A stretch of DNA of 63,718 nt, filler included, from Choristocarpus tenellus KU-1152 (Eukaryota; Protista; Phaeophyceae), in the NCBI GenBank assembly GCA_964200185.2. It is 8 parts of 8 records of this genome, joined end to end, with 100 filler letters (N's around TTAATTAATTAA, not from the genome) between each part and the next. Parts side by side here need not be neighbours in the genome. Positions count along the whole stretch, not along the records: positions 48,587 to 56,545 come from CAXNAD020005341.1; positions 56,646 to 60,870 come from CAXNAD020015601.1; positions 60,971 to 63,718 come from CAXNAD020025087.1; 5 more parts are not named here. The stretch is one strand, 5' to 3'. The notes under the pieces are model-generated. The model had not been told where the DNA came from. It worked only from the letters and a program-made list of their open reading frames with translations, and ran no database searches. A program made the position numbers and the translations under genes. Shown here one piece after another: positions 54,069 to 63,718 of the stretch. Within the stretch, counting starts at the first letter, position 1. Each line of letters opens with the position of its first letter.

Positions 54069-56527
54069 CTAACAAAACTAACAAAGCAGGGCGGACTTGA
54101 GCAGTAGACACATCAAATGTTGTTGCTTGTCTCTCCATTCATTCTATCAAAACTTAACGAGGAAGACGCTATCCATGTCTCATACATATATTTGGGAAAA
54201 TCTCAAGAAAAATGCGATCTTGACCGGGCCTAGGTACCCCTCAACAAACAGCAACAACAAAATGAAGATCCACAGTAAGTAACACAACACGGGACACTTC
54301 CTACTCCAGTGAAACAAGCTGATGGTTCAGAGTTGTCACACAGGAGCATACTCCAGTGTATATGAAAAGCTTGCTTAAATATATATGGTACACAGACCTC
54401 TTACGATGTTGTGCTAAACCAATTTCATCAAACCCTGCTAACAGTGATGATATCAAAGTCGCAAGGAGGAAGGGACAAGGAAAAAAAGTAGGAAATACAT
54501 AACCATCTCATCTATGCAAAGGTTCCAAGTCAAGAGACATGATAAGAGAAAAATAAGCAAGAGCAGTCACAATTGAGTTGTTTATGACCTTCCATTTCTC
54601 CCAAGAAAGCCTAAAATTCCTGCATTTACACAACTGTAAGCTTGGGATGAGGGGCAACAGATGAGCCTCACCATCGAACCTAGCAAAGGCTTTCCCTACA
54701 GAATATGAACGTGGGGGGCAGTCTGATATGCAAACACTGATACAAAATTGTTGTCTTCTCACCTCCGCCAAAAGTGGCTCCCCTCCAAAGCATGTAGTTG
54801 AGCTACCCTCTGTAAATTCGAGTGGGTTTCTGGCATAGACCTGGCAGTGATTGAGGTTGTGGCGAGGAGACTTTCATAGAGTCCAGTGAAGGTTAATAAA
54901 CCAAGCAGGAGAAGGTGAATACACGCATCAATGTACGGTAGGTTTCCTGTCAATACCAATTTGACTGGGAAACCGCTCACCAACCAATTCCACAATATGC
55001 TTGAATAAGCAGCAACAAGGTCTGTGCAAGATCACGTAGAAAGAGTAAAAATGCACCACTGGTTACCCCCGGCTAACTACTGTGGGTCCGTGTGACTCTA
55101 TAGTTGTTAGAGATAAATTATACACAGCAGTACCACTGTAATCGTCTCATCGTTCTGCTCACCAAATCTATTCACTCCAATGGACATAACTCCGCTATCC
55201 CCCTTGTTTGTCACTGGCCCTCTCTCTCTCCCTTGAATATGTCCCTCTATCACAATATTTCTCATCTCTGGAGGAACCTTTTTGATTGACCGAAGGCCAC
55301 CACAATTGTGTATTGTACCTACCTATTGAACAACCTGATCATTGCAAGTATAGACATTGATATCTCACACCACTAAGCATACCACAGGAAGGTGTATATT
55401 TCTTGAGTACATAATAACCACTTCCCTACACTACTATGGGCATCAACGACATGGATCCCAGCATTCCCCCCCCCCCAAATTATCTTATGCTTCTACTCTA
55501 TTCACGTAAATAAAATTACAAGGGTGCAGATGTCTATCGAGAAGACACGTTTGATACTAGTCACAACTGTAAAAAAAAAGAAGAGATACACAGAAAAATA
55601 TGCCAGCATACACACATGTGCACTAACAGTCAACTAACTAAAAGGTAGAATTTGTATATATATTTGTATATCAATTTACATACATCAGAGCCAAAACAAC
55701 CAATATGACTTTTCCACAGGAATACAGTGAAAAAAATTTGATGCTCAGGCTGTAACACGAGTTCTTCCAGATCTCAATCATTGCTTGCATTATCGTCATT
55801 GATAAACTATTTTAAATAGTTAATGGACGGAATTGTACATGAACAAAAGGGGGATTGAAGTAGACATTACAGTGGAACACAATGGATCTTCATGCATCTG
55901 AACTGGGCTGTGCATGCAGGTAGTATAAATTTTAGTACCCGTGTTCCCAGGTGATGAAAAGATGAAAATATCATCTAGAAATAACCTGTACACATACATA
56001 GACAAATATAACGCTTCTCCTGAGAAATTCTCAATTTCATTCCACATCATCTCATACCTCTCTGCAATATCCTTCCGCGATAGCTCCTGTAAAGTCTGGT
56101 TCTCCAGCTTTGATTGTCTTCGTTGTTAACAGAAGTCCACCTAGTACTATTTTCGGAAAGGAATCTGAAAACTGGGTGAGGTGTCGCATCCTTGTCTGGA
56201 ATGATGAGTGTGGCTTCAACCAAGCTTGGTCTAGGATTGGAAAGGTCCTTATTTTCTGCCATGGCAATAAACAACAGGAAGGGTTGGATAACGTTGTGCT
56301 TTAAGGATAGGGAATGTTAAATGTGGGATAAACGGCAAAGTATGTGATACCTAATTCTCCACGAAACAAGAGCAAGGGTGCCTCTCTTTATGGAATGGAC
56401 ACACCACAAGGTTTGTAGCAGCAGTTCCTGAGGACCTGCACATCACACTGCTCTTCCAAGTACAACAAAGTTCCCCTTCACCAAGAAAAACGTGGTCATT
56501 TGTGAAAGGACATAAAAAATGACAGAA

Positions 56528-56545
56528 GGGTCAAAGTATCTTAGG
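56528..56545 (+). mobile_element. Sola-like terminus at contig end
   Basis: GGGTCAAAGTATCTTAGG immediately before the linker. Confidence 0.55.
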
Positions 56546-56645
56546 NNNNNNNNNNNNNNNNNNNNNNNNNNNNNNNNNNNNNNNNNNNNTTAATTAATTA
56601 ANNNNNNNNNNNNNNNNNNNNNNNNNNNNNNNNNNNNNNNNNNNN

Positions 56646-57551
56646 GTCTCGCTTCGGAGCCATGTCCTTATCTTTGTTCGTGCCGTTCCTGTTGTAGTAG
56701 CGCACGTATGTATATAAATGGATGGGAGTTGTGTTGGAGGTGGATACAAGGGACGGGGGATGGAATCCTAGAGGAATCGTATGCCAGCGGCGGATCTCTA
56801 ATTATGTAGGTATTTACGCGTGGTAAATGCTGCAGCAGCGCAGGGATGGCCGGATGAGATGATATTGTTGAAGCATAAATAAACATACCACACGTGTATA
56901 TACACATATATGTAACACATAACTCCACACTGGAGGGATCTCTAACTTCTTACATCACACATCTAGGCGTGGTAACTGCAAAGTGAATGTGGCGAGTACG
57001 GTCGGATTACATTGTTCTGAGATAGGACTACTGTTCAATCATCAAGCAGGGGAAAAAATATACCGGGTACAAATAACACTGTGTACATATATCAAACCCA
57101 CCTCTCCACGCCGGAGGATGCTCTTGCATTAGGTGTACCTTTGCAAGCGTCGATGACATGATTGGATATTCCGAACGATGCCTTGAAAAACTGCGTACAA
57201 ACNNNNNNNNNNTCTCAACTTAATGACAGGTACACGGTCACCAATGAAGTGCTTGCGATCGCGGCGGTTCTCACATGCCCGGATGATGTCCTACTCTTTG
57301 GCCAACGTGAGTGCAAGGAAGGACTCGCTATCTGCGGCGAACTTCTTCACACGGGCTAAGCGCTTGCAGCAGTCACCCTGTTTGTTGACCGGAATGGGTT
57401 GAGCCCATCCTTGGCGAAGCTTGGCGCCGGTCGCTGAAGCGTCATTGGTAGAAAGCTCCAGCGCATCATTGTTGACGGGCTGGTGAGGGGGCAACACAGG
57501 GGGCGACGCAGGCGACAAAAGCCACCCACTTGCTGTGGAAGCAACTGTCAT
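56646..57551 (-). pseudogene. 5' part of a putative Sola-like transposase; exons 57551-57102, 56688-<56646
   Basis: MTVAST..GDCCKRL..KE*DII..VCTQFFKASFGISN..VER|NGTNKDK. The CC and VCxxFFxxxFGIS motifs resemble the N-terminal region of Sola-type transposases. One in-frame TAG; the catalytic part would lie beyond the linker. Confidence 0.6.
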
Positions 57552-57633
57552 GGTGTTTTCGGGCAACAGATGGTCTTGGGCAGTGAGAAGGTGTAGGAGT
57601 GATGAGATTCAAAGCCGAGCATATGAACGATGT

Positions 57634-58450
57634 TTGAGCTCCAGGCGAACTGTCGGACCACCCTGAGATCCATGATCCGGAAAAAACGTGTATTAGGGTT
57701 TTCGGAAGTTGTAAACCCGATTAAATCCGTACTTACAATATTCTAAAATACAAAGCACATACTAAATTGATCTTGTACGTTTCCAATGTTCCGAAACCAA
57801 AAGGTAAAAAAAAAACTGACACCCTCTAATTGTTTACAGTACAAAATCTTAAATTGTTGGACATTTGTATTCATAAAAATACTAGAGACGACAAAAAGCG
57901 GCTCTTGAGTTTCGGGTGATCCGACGGATCACCCGAAACCATTGAAGACCCAAAACAGGTGCATTAGGACTTTTAGAAATAGTAAATCCTATTATAACCG
58001 TTCTTACAATTTTAGAAAATACAAAGCACGTACTTCATAGGTCTCACACGTTTCCAATGTTAAGAAACTAAAAGGTCACTTTCAACTGGACCCTACAATT
58101 TATTTAAATACTATAACCGCTTTTTGTCGACTTTAGGATTCATAAAGTACTAGAGTCGACAAAAAGCGGCTCTTGAGTGTCGGGTGATCCATCGGATCAC
58201 CCTAAACCATTGAAGATCCCAAACACGTGCGTTAGGGTTTTTACGAAATAATAATAATATTCTAATCTTTATATCAACAAATAAAAATACAAACCACATA
58301 CTTCATTGATCTAATACGCTTGAAACGTACGAAACCAAAAGGTCACAAAAAACTGATACTCTCTATCGCTTTTCAATATGAAAGCGTGTGCTGTTCGATA
58401 TTCGTATTTTTTATAAAACAATTATCAACGGAAAGAGAAATCTGAGTTAT
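57634..58450. repeat. Tandem array of three ~270-bp AT-rich units with internal palindromes
   Basis: Anchor (T/C)TGAG at 57634, 57905, 58173 and 58442 (periods 271, 268, 269). Shared blocks AAAATACAAA(G/C)CAC, GAAAC(C/T)AAAAGGT and CGACAAAAAGCGGCTCTTGAG. Confidence 0.92.
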
Positions 58451-58622
58451 GAGGACCGACCGACCAGATGAAATAAAGCAGCACCTCCCAGCCCTCAGTC
58501 CTCATTTCAATTCCTTCCCTTCCGTACATACCACCAGCACCTCTTACTTATCTATCCCCGTCACACCCTCCTAATCTTCGCCGTGTCCAACATTCACTCA
58601 ACAACAACCCACCGGCCCGCCG

Positions 58623-60870
58623 ATGGCGCTGCCCACGGATCAAGAGCGTAGTACAGCAATCTGAAGGGCATGTCCTCGCTCCTAGAACATCACTACCTCG
58701 GTACGTACCAGATGAATCTCGGCAACATCACATGCACGGAGATGGTGCGTCCCCTGAGCGAGCGTGGTGTTGTGCGCATCAGCAAGTCCATCTGTGAAAA
58801 GGGCTGGCTGGAGCAGTTTGCTCCGTCTGTCGTCATCCAACGAGATTGCTTAGGCAACGGGGACCAGCTCACCGCCAAAACTGCGCTTGACATTCAAGGA
58901 AGAACACTGGACGGAAACCATAGAATAACGGTGCTGAAGAGAGTGTTTGATCCCGAACGCACTTTCATGATGCAGGTCTACATGGAGTTCAACCAAGCAG
59001 AAGAGAGGCTAATTGCCAACGGTGGGTGATGGAGTGTTGTCGTTGTTCCATGATCGCCTGATGATTCTTCTGAACTACCAAGTTGTTACCGAGTTTCCTT
59101 TGTTTGGTTCATCGTCAGTCAGCCTATTGTTGATCTTTTTTATCCCTCGTGATCTTTCTGTCAACAGCAACATGTTGCTCACTACTGCCTGCCGCATGTG
59201 TCCCTCGACCACTTCCCACCTACCAATTGCCCCGTTCGCCCACTGCACCGCCACGCTTATAGCATTCAACGATGCAACCGAGAGTGTGGTTGAGTGCACG
59301 CTGTACGATAAGGTATAAGAGCTCGAAGAAGCTATCAAGTGACAGACGAAGAAAAAAGAAGTGTCACTAGCAGAGATCCGCAAAATGTACAAAAAGGTGA
59401 GGGAGTTGTCAACGTTGGTGGGATGGTGGCGCTCTACTCCTCCTCTTGTTGGGTTACAGCTGTTGTGAAATCTCTCTGTGTCCTCCTATTCAACCTAAGT
59501 TGAGATAGTTATCCCGCGTTTAGCAACCCTGTCAACCACTTTCTTGATTCTCGGGTGACCATGTAGTATGTGTGTGTGGTTAACCACAGACGAAGTGAAC
59601 AGTTCATTCTTTCAGCAGTAGGTAGGCCAGGCCGCTGAGTATCATACCGCCTCCCCTATCCCTCCCCCGGGTAAGGTCCACTCCTTGCCTGGACCGTTGC
59701 GGTGTTGCCTGAATTAATAAACACACGATGTGTCATTTTGCGAACCAAACCCTCTCCTTCATGGGCAACCACATCCTGTGTCTGTGTTGTATACACACGA
59801 ACAATAAAAAGCATTCTTGTTTTTTCTATCGACGGTGTAGCATGAAAAACACCCCCCCCCACACACTCATACATACCCCGTTGGTGTGGTATTAACGATG
59901 CCTCATCCTGGTTGGCTGGGTGCATAATATTTTTCGTTTTCTGCCCATCGCGAAGGTGGGCGTTCCTCCCCCGCCGAAAACAACTCTACGAAACTAGCAA
60001 CAAGGCGTAAAGTCCCTTTGACCAGAGTCCTTCGAGGTATCAAAGGAAGTGTGTGAGAACTTGCCACCACAGGTCGACCGCAGCGTGGTCATACTGAGCT
60101 ATCTGAGTCGCGAGGAGTTTGCCGGCTTCACTTCTCTCAATCAGGGGCTATGCATCCGTCTGCTTGTGAGGCAAGTCAAACCGCCACCGTGTTATATCGT
60201 GTAGACAGCAGTAAGCGCAATGTGTGCCGGTCGCAGCACATTGCACAGGAACGTTCAATAAGTGTCTCCTACGATGAATAATGTAGTCGGTCATTGTTGT
60301 ATCGAACGATGAACCGTTCGTAGTGCTGTGGAAATACTACCTGCAGTGTGTGTTTCCTGTGTATGTGTGCTCTTGTCTTTTCTGAACTACGACAATCGTT
60401 CCATTAATATTTTCTGCAGTGGCGACCCTTTACTCATCATTACCTGCGCATCGTTCTCATTGATGTCCTTCATGGCAGGTACAAGTCGTTCAACGGGAAG
60501 GCTCCTACGGCGAGGGACTACAAGGAGATCGAATCGGACGCGCAAATGTCTGAGATACTTGTCTCGGGCACCAGGCAGATTGTATCCAAGGAGAAGTGGA
60601 CACCAGAGCTCCAAAGGTTGGCAAATGGTGCAGTTGCAGCGATTATCGTTTTTGCCTTTTCGTATCTCCAGTGCACCCACAAGTCGCCATGCACCCCTCA
60701 ATTGTAAAATATGCGGTCAGTGTCTTTTTCAGCACCGCACTGATTGATTGTTGCAAAACTGCTCTGCATTTGGGACGTTATGTGAATGATGCGCGGGCTG
60801 CCAGGGAAATGGACAGGCTCGTATTTGAGAAGTGCAATATGCACGAGATCTGGGTCAAGTCCCACCACGA
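58623..60870 (+). pseudogene. Spliced ParB/Sulfiredoxin-like domain plus putative HTH protein; exons 58623(58670)-59021, 59263-59396, 59956-60170, 60479-60616, 60733->60870
   Basis: VRPLSERGVVRISKSICEKGW..RTLDGNHRITVL (ParB/Srx GxHR motif)..EERLIANAFN, then VSLAEIRKMYKK|VGVPPPPKTTLRN. All five exons are phase-consistent (one GC donor at 60171). Four in-frame stops in exons 2-3 and a probable 5' frameshift. Confidence 0.75.
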
Positions 60871-61048
60871 NNNNNNNNNNNNNNNNNNNNNNNNNNNNNN
60901 NNNNNNNNNNNNNNTTAATTAATTAANNNNNNNNNNNNNNNNNNNNNNNNNNNNNNNNNNNNNNNNNNNNGTAGCGTCGTTTTGAGGTCGTTGGATTTGA
61001 GTTGTACATCCTGGAAGGTGAGCATTGAGGGGCGCCTGTAACAGCCCT

Positions 61049-61225
61049 GACCCAAAGTATCTGGGGGGGAGAACGGTCTATACCAGGGTGTCCATTTGGG
61101 CAAAATCAGGAAAAGTGCATTTACATTATCCATTGGACATATGCAACCAAATCATCCAAAAATCGCGGCATGAAAAAATTGACCCCAAATAGACAGCTGT
61201 CACACATCCCCAGATATTTTGAGCC
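61049..61225 (+). mobile_element. MITE family B (Sola-like)
   Basis: TIRs GACCCAAAGTATCTGGGG and CCCCAGATATTTTGAGCC; perfect TSD CCCT; homologous to 43711-43880. Confidence 0.9.
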
Positions 61226-61325
61226 CCCTCACGAAACACCTGCCTCACCAGGGTGCCTTCCCTGCGAGAGTCATCATCAAGGTCTGACATTGTGGCATTG
61301 TAGCTTGTGTCGGACCTTGTGATCA

Positions 61326-61577
61326 GAGTGAAAGTATCTTAAAGGGTACGAGTTTTGCCCTGTTTGTCCGTTTGGGACTTGTTTTCCCACGATTTTTTTT
61401 TTACATTTTCCAACTCCGAAATGTTTCGGAGTAGGTAAAATGTATATGAAAAAGGTGTGTTCGGAACAAGAATATTGACCCTTCCTAACAAACACGAGCC
61501 AAAATTACATCAAAATCGCAACATTGGATTTTGACCCCCAAACGGACGCGGCTCTACCCTCTAAGATACTATAACTC
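61326..61577 (-). mobile_element. MITE family A (Sola-like)
   Basis: GAG...CTC termini and perfect TSD ATCA (61322-61325, 61578-61581); reverse-complement homolog of 31461-31717. Confidence 0.92.
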
Positions 61578-61581
61578 ATCA

Positions 61582-61800
61582 GCTGTGCGAAAATGTTTGG
61601 TATGGCATCCTTGATGCCTAATTGCCCGCTTCAGCTCCTCGTATTTTGTTAATGCCCTTTCAAGTTGCACTACGAAATCTGTACTGTTCGTAGCTGAGAA
61701 GAAGCACTGTAACTCTCTGACACGTGCTTCCAAGGTGATGATTTGCATGGGGACCTCGTCCTCTGCGCGACCTCCATTGACTCTTTCTAATTCCACCCAT
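61582..61800 (-). mobile_element. Possible degenerate Copia gag fragment, interrupted by MITE A
   Basis: PMQIITLEARVREL..FVVQLERALTKYEELKRAI loosely resembles Copia gag; weak evidence. Confidence 0.3.
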
Positions 61801-62407
61801 ACTCCTCTGCTGTCTGGATTCCCGTTGTTTCAAATATCCCCACGACAGCTGCCGCAGACCCCCTTGTCGCTTGGATAAGCAGAAACCACAGAGGTCTGTT
61901 GTTCTTCTCGTAATTCTAATGTGCTATTCTCTGGTATTTCATTGGTGAGTCCGCAAGTTCAGGGACCTCGTATTTTCAACGCAGAATATCATACAGACCC
62001 TTTCCACCGGTGTACTCCACCGAAGATAGTCTCTGTGTTGTTCAGGTCGCAACTGACAGTCCCAGTGCTCCAGTCTAGATCGCCAACTTCTTCATGTCGT
62101 TTCTCCGTACTGTTGAGGCTCATAACCTGTGCAGGTTTTGACTGTTATTCGTGTGAGTATGGAAGAAGAGAGAAAAGGTGGGGACCTCACACGATTCCTC
62201 TTGGCTGAATGCAATGATATGGTTGAGAAGAGAGAGAAGAGTGATATTATTGTGCATGGCAGGGCTTGTTTTAACACCTGTTGTTTCCAGAAAGAATCAC
62301 TAAAAAGAAGCACTGAGAAGTTTCTAGAAAATTTCATCGCGATATAGAAAAATGCCTCGAACATGTGGACTTCAACCTGGAATGAATTCTCTATTAATAT
62401 CCTGCTA

Positions 62408-63512
62408 CAGTGTTGGCAGTCGCCTCCTGCATCAACTTTGTCGCGCCATAACTTTTGATCAACAACGAATTTTTTCATGAAGAATTAGCTTGTTGCGATC
62501 GCATCAGCATGGTTGACCTTATTTCATGAGTCTCGGTTGGTCAACTTGCAGTAATCGTGAGAAATACAGGGCCATGCACTTAAATCAAGTAGTCCATGCG
62601 CGAACCTCGCATTAAAGGATGATTTTGACGCCATAAGAGGTCATCTTCACCAGGAGAAGTTGGGCGTTGTTGTCTCTCCATTCTCTTTCCATTATTTTCT
62701 CTTTATGCGATGTTGTCACCTGCTGGCTAAGGGTCAATTATGCGGGCCCAGGCCTCTGAACCAGACAATCCATGCCAAGTCGTATGAGGTATTCTGAAGG
62801 TGCAGGCCTCCTGTGAGACTTAAATGTCTTGTACACCCTGTCCAATTTGGTGCACTTCATGCCTCTCTCAGTGGAATATATGAGGTGGTAAGCAATACTC
62901 ATCCTGAAGAACATCTCCACAATTACTCTGGACAACCCCCCTTCATCCTTGAGACTGACAGGAATGTTGGCTCTCATTCCAGGCAACGTGTAGTCACAGT
63001 GGCCTCATAAAATGTGCTTCGCCCGCTCCCATACCATCTTTATCGGGTTCAATTCTCAGTACTACTTTGGAAGCATCGAGCAGTGTCCTCCAAGACACTC
63101 AACCAGAATCGCGTCCTGTGAGTGGCTGATACAGTATTAAGCCGAGGTTCGCCCACGTACCGTTTTGGCGGTTACCAATCTTGATTTTTTGAAAAGGTTA
63201 GACAACGAGTTAATCCACGATCAGCATATCAAATGAAAGCTCTGGATCTAAGCTGTTCCTGCTTTAAAGAAATTGTATCGGAAAAATAGGTTTGGTCGTG
63301 ATAATTCATTCCGGAACATTTTCAAGGTTGTGCCGAAACCATTCGGCTAAAATTTAACCTCACCAAAAAATTTCAAACAAAAAATCATTTTCACCAATGA
63401 TAGCTTAGATCCAGAGCTTTCATTTGATATGTTCATCGCTGTTTAACTCGTTGGTCAACCCTTTAAAAAAGAAAAAAGACTGGTCTCATCCTAGAGGCGA
63501 CTGCCAACACTG
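62408..63512. mobile_element. Non-autonomous Tc1/mariner-pogo-type element with internal foldback
   Basis: Perfect 19-bp TIR CAGTGTTGGCAGTCGCCTC flanked by TA on both sides; internal perfect 30-bp inverted repeat at 63225-63254 and 63402-63431. Confidence 0.85.
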
Positions 63513-63541
63513 TAACAAATAAACTGTCATCTCGAACACTT

Positions 63542-63718
63542 GGCTCAAAGTATCTGGGAGGGGGTGGCAGCTGTCCATTTGGGGGCAATTTTTAATGTCG
63601 CGATTTTTGGGTGATTTGGTTGCATGCGTCGGATGGATACTGTAAATACACTTTTCCTGATTTTGGCCTAAATGGACACCCTGGTGTAGACCCCCCCCCC
63701 CCCCCCACCCCTTCGGTC
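63542..63718 (-). mobile_element. MITE family B, far end degraded or truncated at window edge
   Basis: Starts GGCTCAAAGTATCTGGG; reverse-complement homolog of 61049-61225. Confidence 0.85.

Noticed and set aside
57634-58450. CRISPR-like array
   Set aside because: Whole ~270-bp units are homologous, so there are no unique spacers; no cas genes; eukaryotic context.
58670-59029. Bacterial or plasmid contamination suggested by the ParB-like ORF
   Set aside because: The gene continues through phase-consistent spliceosomal introns.
87-63010. Most 60-130 aa ORFs in the supplied track
   Set aside because: They are intronic, antisense or TE-derived with no recognisable motifs; the real genes are spliced and only partly overlap them.

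Overview
Eukaryotic, intron-rich genomic DNA. It is probably a brown alga or related ochrophyte; this is inferred from many GT-AG introns, a bipartite plastid presequence and a sulfotransferase. The window is eight contigs joined by artificial 100-bp N44-TTAATTAATTAA-N44 linkers, so adjacency across linkers is not evidence of physical linkage. Host genes assembled by hand from splice sites are a NEK-type kinase (5' part), a class IV PLP aminotransferase (D-amino-acid aminotransferase/ADC-lyase-like), a plastid-targeted HAD-IIA hydrolase, a 2OG-Fe(II) oxygenase, a PHD-finger gene fragment, a PDZ-like ORF, a DnaJ plus multi-pass membrane protein and a sulfotransferase. The rest is transposon-rich: CRE-like RLE LINEs, pogo-like elements and degenerate retroelements. 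The main finding is a Sola-like DNA transposon system. It comprises a spliced DDD transposase pseudogene and two MITE families sharing a G-N4-AAAGTATCT terminus with 4-bp TSDs, one copy of which sits inside the transposase. On a separate contig, a transposase 5' end is arranged head-to-head with a spliced ParB/Srx-like plus putative HTH gene, across a ~270-bp x3 tandem array carrying perfect palindromes.
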